64,000 bases of DNA from Nitrospirota bacterium (GTDB lineage Bacteria > Nitrospirota > Nitrospiria > JACQBW01), in the NCBI GenBank assembly GCA_016194305.1, contig JACQBW010000003.1:39224-103223 (forward strand), in the 5' to 3' direction. The notes beneath the pieces are model-generated. The model worked only from the letters and a program-made list of their open reading frames with translations, was not told the origin of the DNA and ran no database searches. Positions 60,653-64,000 of the stretch are shown here, in pieces (the stretch's first letter is position 1; every line of letters starts with the position of its first letter). The position numbers and the translations under genes were made by a program.

Positions 60653-61018
60653 TTAGGAGAAGCGATTAAACTCTTTAATAAGTTCCTTTTCAAGACAGCC
60701 CAAATAATCATATAGACGGGGTTCATGATCGGGGCTAATTTCCTGGTCAAATTGCACACCGATCAAATTTTTCTCGCCCCATTCCGTAAAATTCTTTACC
60801 ACCCCGCTCAAGAGCACTCTTGAAGTACGTGAGCCCGTATGAATATCGGCTTCGAGAAATATGGGGGTTCCTTTTTGAATCACGACTTGAGTCGATATGC
60901 CGACACCACACCTGGAAAACATTTCAATTGAGCCAGGAAATTCCAGTTGACTATAGCCAGTCTTGACGACGGCTGAGCCCGTAATAGGAAAACGCGGATA
61001 TTTTCTTGGTGTATGCAT
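60653..61018 (-). CDS. PilZ-domain protein.
   Basis: 'RKYPRFPITG' and 'SRCGVGIST' match the PilZ elements. Confidence 0.55.
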   Translation of the reverse strand: MHTPRKYPRFPITGSAVVKTGYSQLEFPGSIEMFSRCGVGISTQVVIQKGTPIFLEADIHTGSRTSRVLLSGVVKNFTEWGEKNLIGVQFDQEISPDHEPRLYDYLGCLEKELIKEFNRFS

Positions 61019-61174
61019 CGCCGATTGGCCTGAAGAGTGAGTAAGAGGATCCCCTCATTAAAGGTACATGATTTAGGACATTTGTCAAGAAACGCCCTAA
61101 ATCCGGCAAAGCGGGAATAACACAAATGAATGATTCGGGACCATGAGCGGAAAGTGGCTTCATTTGTCGGAAGT

Positions 61175-63286
61175 TTAGTTGGGTGTGCCATTCACTTCAA
61201 TAGATGCAGGTCCTTCGCCCAAACCATTGACAGCTTTTACTATAAAATAAAATGTATTTCCTGTGGCAAGAGTCAGCTGCAAGTTGGGAATCGTCGTATT
61301 CGTCACGGAGGTATAATGTCCGGAAGTTGTTCCCATGTAAACGTTATAGGAGTCTGCTCCAGGAACATCATCCCAGGAAAGAGAGATTGTTCCGGTTCCC
61401 GCACTGGCAAGCAAATTAACCGGAGCTGACGGCAAACCGATTCCCGGGAGAGTGACCTGGACATTTGGGCCACCCGTACATGATATTGAAATAAGTCCTG
61501 CGTCCCCTACGGTCAGAAAGTCGCTTCCTGACCAGATGACACCTAGCAATCTCTGGAAAGTGCCGGCCGGCTGCAACGTCCAAGTGACTCCATCCGGTGA
61601 CGTCCGAATCGTTCCGGAATCTCCGACGATGACAAAGAGGCTGCCCGACCAGACGATACTGTTGAAGGTGCTGCTGTTACCGGGAAAGGAGTAAGTCCAG
61701 ATGATTCCGTCAGACGAAGTCAGAACGATTCCAAGGCTTCCAACCGCCACGTATAGGCTGTTAGATGTCGCAATACCATGCAGCGTATTATTGACATTTG
61801 AAGTCTGTTCGGACCAATGTACGCCATCGGTTGACGTGACAATTTTCCCGGAACCTCCCACGGCGATAAACTGGCTTCCTGACCAGGCGACGCTGTACAA
61901 GGGATCGGTAAAATTTGAATTCACAGATTGAAGAGTCCAGAGTGTTCCATCCGTTGAAGTCAGAATGGTGCCGCGATCGCCTACTGAAACCATAAGCGTA
62001 TTGCTGGCTGACCACGTCACGCTGTAAAGTGTAACCGCCGTGGGTGAATTTTGAACGGTGGTCCAGGAGGTCCCATTTTGCGAAGTCAATATCGTTCCGT
62101 TCTCGCCTACGGCCACGATATTGGGCCCGGCTTGAACAATACCATTCAGAGAGTTGGCGGTCTGGGTATTGCCTACGCTCCAATCAATTCCGTTCGGAGA
62201 AGTGAGAAGTGTCCCTAGATCTCCGACCACCAGGTATTGCGTTCCGGTCCAGATCGAACCGGAGAGTAACCGCGTGGTCCCTGACGTCTGAAGGACCCAG
62301 GCGATCCCGTCTCCGGAAGTCAGAATGGTCCGCGATTCACCGACTACAAGATAGTTTGAACCAGTCCAGATAATTCCAAAAAGGTGATTCGTTGTTCCCG
62401 ATGACTGAGTTGACCATGTCACTCCATCCGGCGAAGTCAGAATGGTTCCGTTATTTCCAACGGCCACAATTTTTGATCCGCTCCAGGCCAGGTTTGAGAG
62501 GGAATATCCCGAATGTTGATTCGTCCAGGAAATTCCATTCGGGGAAGTGAATATGGATCCCGCTTCGCCTACCGCAACAAACAGCGGCTGAGTGATTCCT
62601 CCTATCCATTTTACGTCATTAAATGCCGGTGGGGTATAACTGGCAGATGCTATTAAAGAATGATCCGTCCAGATTATTCCGTCAAGAGAAGTCAAAATGG
62701 TTCCCACATTTCCAACCGCGACATATTCCGTTCCGGACCAATCCACACTGTAAAGGGGCTGATTGGTCGAAGTCGTTAAACCGGACCAATGGATCCCGTC
62801 TCTTGAATCCAAAATTATTCCATTTCCACCCACAGCCAAAAACTGACCTCCTATCCAGTTCACCCGGTAGAGCAAATTGGTCGTGCCGGATGTTCGAGTG
62901 GTCCAGGTCATCCCGTCAGCCGAAGTGAGAATAAGACCAGGGCCGCCGACTGCCACAAAAAGTGAAAGAGACGGCGACCAAGTAATTCCGACCAGCGTAT
63001 TGGTTGTTCCGGAAGCGCTCTTATTCCAACTGACTCCATCAGGAGAAACCAGTATCGTCCCATTTTCCCCTACAGCCGCATAAAGGGCAAGAGACTGAGA
63101 CCAGGCCACACGATAAATCGGTTTGGCTGAGACAGATATCCAATCGGCGCAAGAGGGGTTATTGGATGAAGAACTGGAAGAGGATAAGACAGAGGAACTG
63201 TTAGATTGAGGCGCAGAACCACAATTTACAATGATACTTACAAATACTATTGAAAGTATTACTTTAATAAAAGTTGGATGCATCAC
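61175..63286 (-). CDS. Lipoprotein with 13 or more BNR/Asp-box-like repeats (S-x-D-G-x-x-W, beta-propeller type) and a C-terminal fibronectin type III domain.
   Basis: The lipobox signal is 'SIIVNCGS'. 'ILTSPDGVTW', 'TSADGMTW', 'TSTDGTLW' and similar recur about every 40-45 aa. The C-terminal FN3 has 'SWDDVPGADSYNVY'. Confidence 0.7.
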   Translation of the reverse strand: MMHPTFIKVILSIVFVSIIVNCGSAPQSNSSSVLSSSSSSSNNPSCADWISVSAKPIYRVAWSQSLALYAAVGENGTILVSPDGVSWNKSASGTTNTLVGITWSPSLSLFVAVGGPGLILTSADGMTWTTRTSGTTNLLYRVNWIGGQFLAVGGNGIILDSRDGIHWSGLTTSTNQPLYSVDWSGTEYVAVGNVGTILTSLDGIIWTDHSLIASASYTPPAFNDVKWIGGITQPLFVAVGEAGSIFTSPNGISWTNQHSGYSLSNLAWSGSKIVAVGNNGTILTSPDGVTWSTQSSGTTNHLFGIIWTGSNYLVVGESRTILTSGDGIAWVLQTSGTTRLLSGSIWTGTQYLVVGDLGTLLTSPNGIDWSVGNTQTANSLNGIVQAGPNIVAVGENGTILTSQNGTSWTTVQNSPTAVTLYSVTWSASNTLMVSVGDRGTILTSTDGTLWTLQSVNSNFTDPLYSVAWSGSQFIAVGGSGKIVTSTDGVHWSEQTSNVNNTLHGIATSNSLYVAVGSLGIVLTSSDGIIWTYSFPGNSSTFNSIVWSGSLFVIVGDSGTIRTSPDGVTWTLQPAGTFQRLLGVIWSGSDFLTVGDAGLISISCTGGPNVQVTLPGIGLPSAPVNLLASAGTGTISLSWDDVPGADSYNVYMGTTSGHYTSVTNTTIPNLQLTLATGNTFYFIVKAVNGLGEGPASIEVNGTPN

Positions 63287-63392
63287 GAGGACTCATTTAT
63301 TTTAGTTCCATTATACCGTTTTTCCTTTCAAATGATAAGGGAAAACCATCTCGTATGAGCAGATCCAAGACGGGAAAAGTATTGAATTTGAA

Positions 63393-64000
63393 TCACGTCA
63401 ATATCATTCTTCCGGCTATAAAATAGAGCAAGATCGCAAAATAACGTTTTAAGCGATCCACAGGGAGCTGGTGAGAACACTTCACCCCAATGGGAGCGGT
63501 CATCATACTTGTCAAAACAATCCCTATCAACGCAGGAACATATAGATATCCGCAGCTATAGGGGGGAAGATCTTTTACCCAAAAACCGTTAAGAATATAA
63601 CCCAATGTCCCTGAAACGGCGATCGGAAAACCGATCGCTGCCGAAGTCCCGATTGCTTCATGAATCTTGACGTTAGATCTCAGCATCAATGGGACTGACA
63701 AAGTTCCGCCTCCAATTCCGACCAAACTTGAAATTCCTCCGATCACGACTCCGGCTAAAAACATACCTGCCTTTCCAGGCAATTTCCAAAAGGTTCTTGT
63801 GGAAGAGTGGAATAATATTTGTGTAGCCGTATAAACCAAAAATAAAAAAAAGAATAACTTTAGGAGAGAGGTGTTTAAGTAGCCAGCAATGATCGTTCCC
63901 GTTCCAGTTCCGAACAGTACGCCGGGAACGATTGAGCGAAAAACGCTCCAGTTAACCGAGCCTCGGAGATGATGCGCCCTGAAACTGGATACCGATGTAA
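63393..64000 (-). CDS. TauE/SafE (DUF81) family anion exporter. It is partial: the reading frame continues past the window end, so the start lies outside.
   Basis: 'ISSLVGIGGGTLSVPLML' is present. The frame upstream of the track's Met at 63839 remains open through nt 64000. Confidence 0.7.
   Translation of the reverse strand, partial: TSVSSFRAHHLRGSVNWSVFRSIVPGVLFGTGTGTIIAGYLNTSLLKLFFFLFLVYTATQILFHSSTRTFWKLPGKAGMFLAGVVIGGISSLVGIGGGTLSVPLMLRSNVKIHEAIGTSAAIGFPIAVSGTLGYILNGFWVKDLPPYSCGYLYVPALIGIVLTSMMTAPIGVKCSHQLPVDRLKRYFAILLYFIAGRMILT

Noticed and set aside
61452-63083. A stack of 60-130-aa ORFs on both strands (61452, 61701, 61788, 62623 and 62877).
   Set aside because: All lie inside the BNR-repeat gene in other frames. 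The repetitive, compositionally biased sequence keeps frames open. There is no RBS or homology signal.

Overview
The window is a 64 kb chromosomal segment of a Gram-negative bacterium of moderate GC content. Its gene order resembles Nitrospirae or delta-proteobacteria, but lineage cannot be proven from sequence alone. Most of the window is housekeeping; a few regions look accessory.

Contents, 5' to 3':
- 1-9.0 kb: a surface-polysaccharide (O-antigen/EPS-type) cluster. It has an O-antigen ligase/polymerase-like membrane protein, four glycosyltransferases (GT4 and GT2), two SAM-dependent methyltransferases (one a sugar C-methyltransferase type) and a convergent WbaP-type priming phosphotransferase.
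- 9.4-16.6 kb: a Tad/Flp (type IVc) pilus locus with unusual gene content. It has a Flp pilin, TadE/TadG/TadE pseudopilins, CpaB, an outer-membrane protein with an Ig-like N-domain, the secretin CpaC and an FHA-fused CpaF ATPase. No tadV/tadZ/tadB/tadC/tadD are present; convergent ubiA and a chorismate-lyase-like gene abut the locus instead.
- 18.2-18.9 kb: an ihfA-like and MerR-family gene pair.
- tRNA-Pro(GGG) at 19166-19239.
- 19.4-33.2 kb: a long co-directional housekeeping string. It runs surE, dedA, cysS, rlmB, ffh, a PAS/degenerate-GGDEF protein, rpsP, a KH-domain protein, rimM, trmD, rplS, rnhB, yraN, a hypothetical protein, ftsE, ftsX, envC and ctpA. rimM is interrupted by a frameshift inside an A9 homopolymer.
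- 33.3-35.4 kb: CIRCE-controlled groES-groEL.
- 35.7-37.7 kb: trxA and recN.
- 37.7-39.3 kb: a single-domain response regulator and a divergent hypothetical protein with an RCK_C domain.
- 39.4-42.0 kb: two tandem radical-SAM methylthiotransferases (MtaB-like and MiaB-like).
- 42.2-45.0 kb: a TonB-dependent receptor and a DUF62 SAM hydroxide adenosyltransferase.
- 45.0-52.8 kb: greA, then carB, carA, pyrC, pyrB and pyrR. A sigma70 promoter plus PyrR-type attenuator hairpin sit upstream of pyrR.
- 53.0-54.9 kb: nfuA-like, tRNA-Lys(CTT) at 53968-54040, and a peroxiredoxin.
- 54.9-63.3 kb: a c-di-GMP-flavoured neighbourhood. It has three stand-alone PilZ proteins, a PAS hybrid histidine kinase, a ferredoxin-FAD oxidoreductase and a BNR-repeat/FN3 lipoprotein.
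- 63.4 kb to the end: a partial TauE/SafE permease gene.

No CRISPR array, transposase or integrase was found. All protein identifications rest on motif and family recognition by eye. No database search was run.
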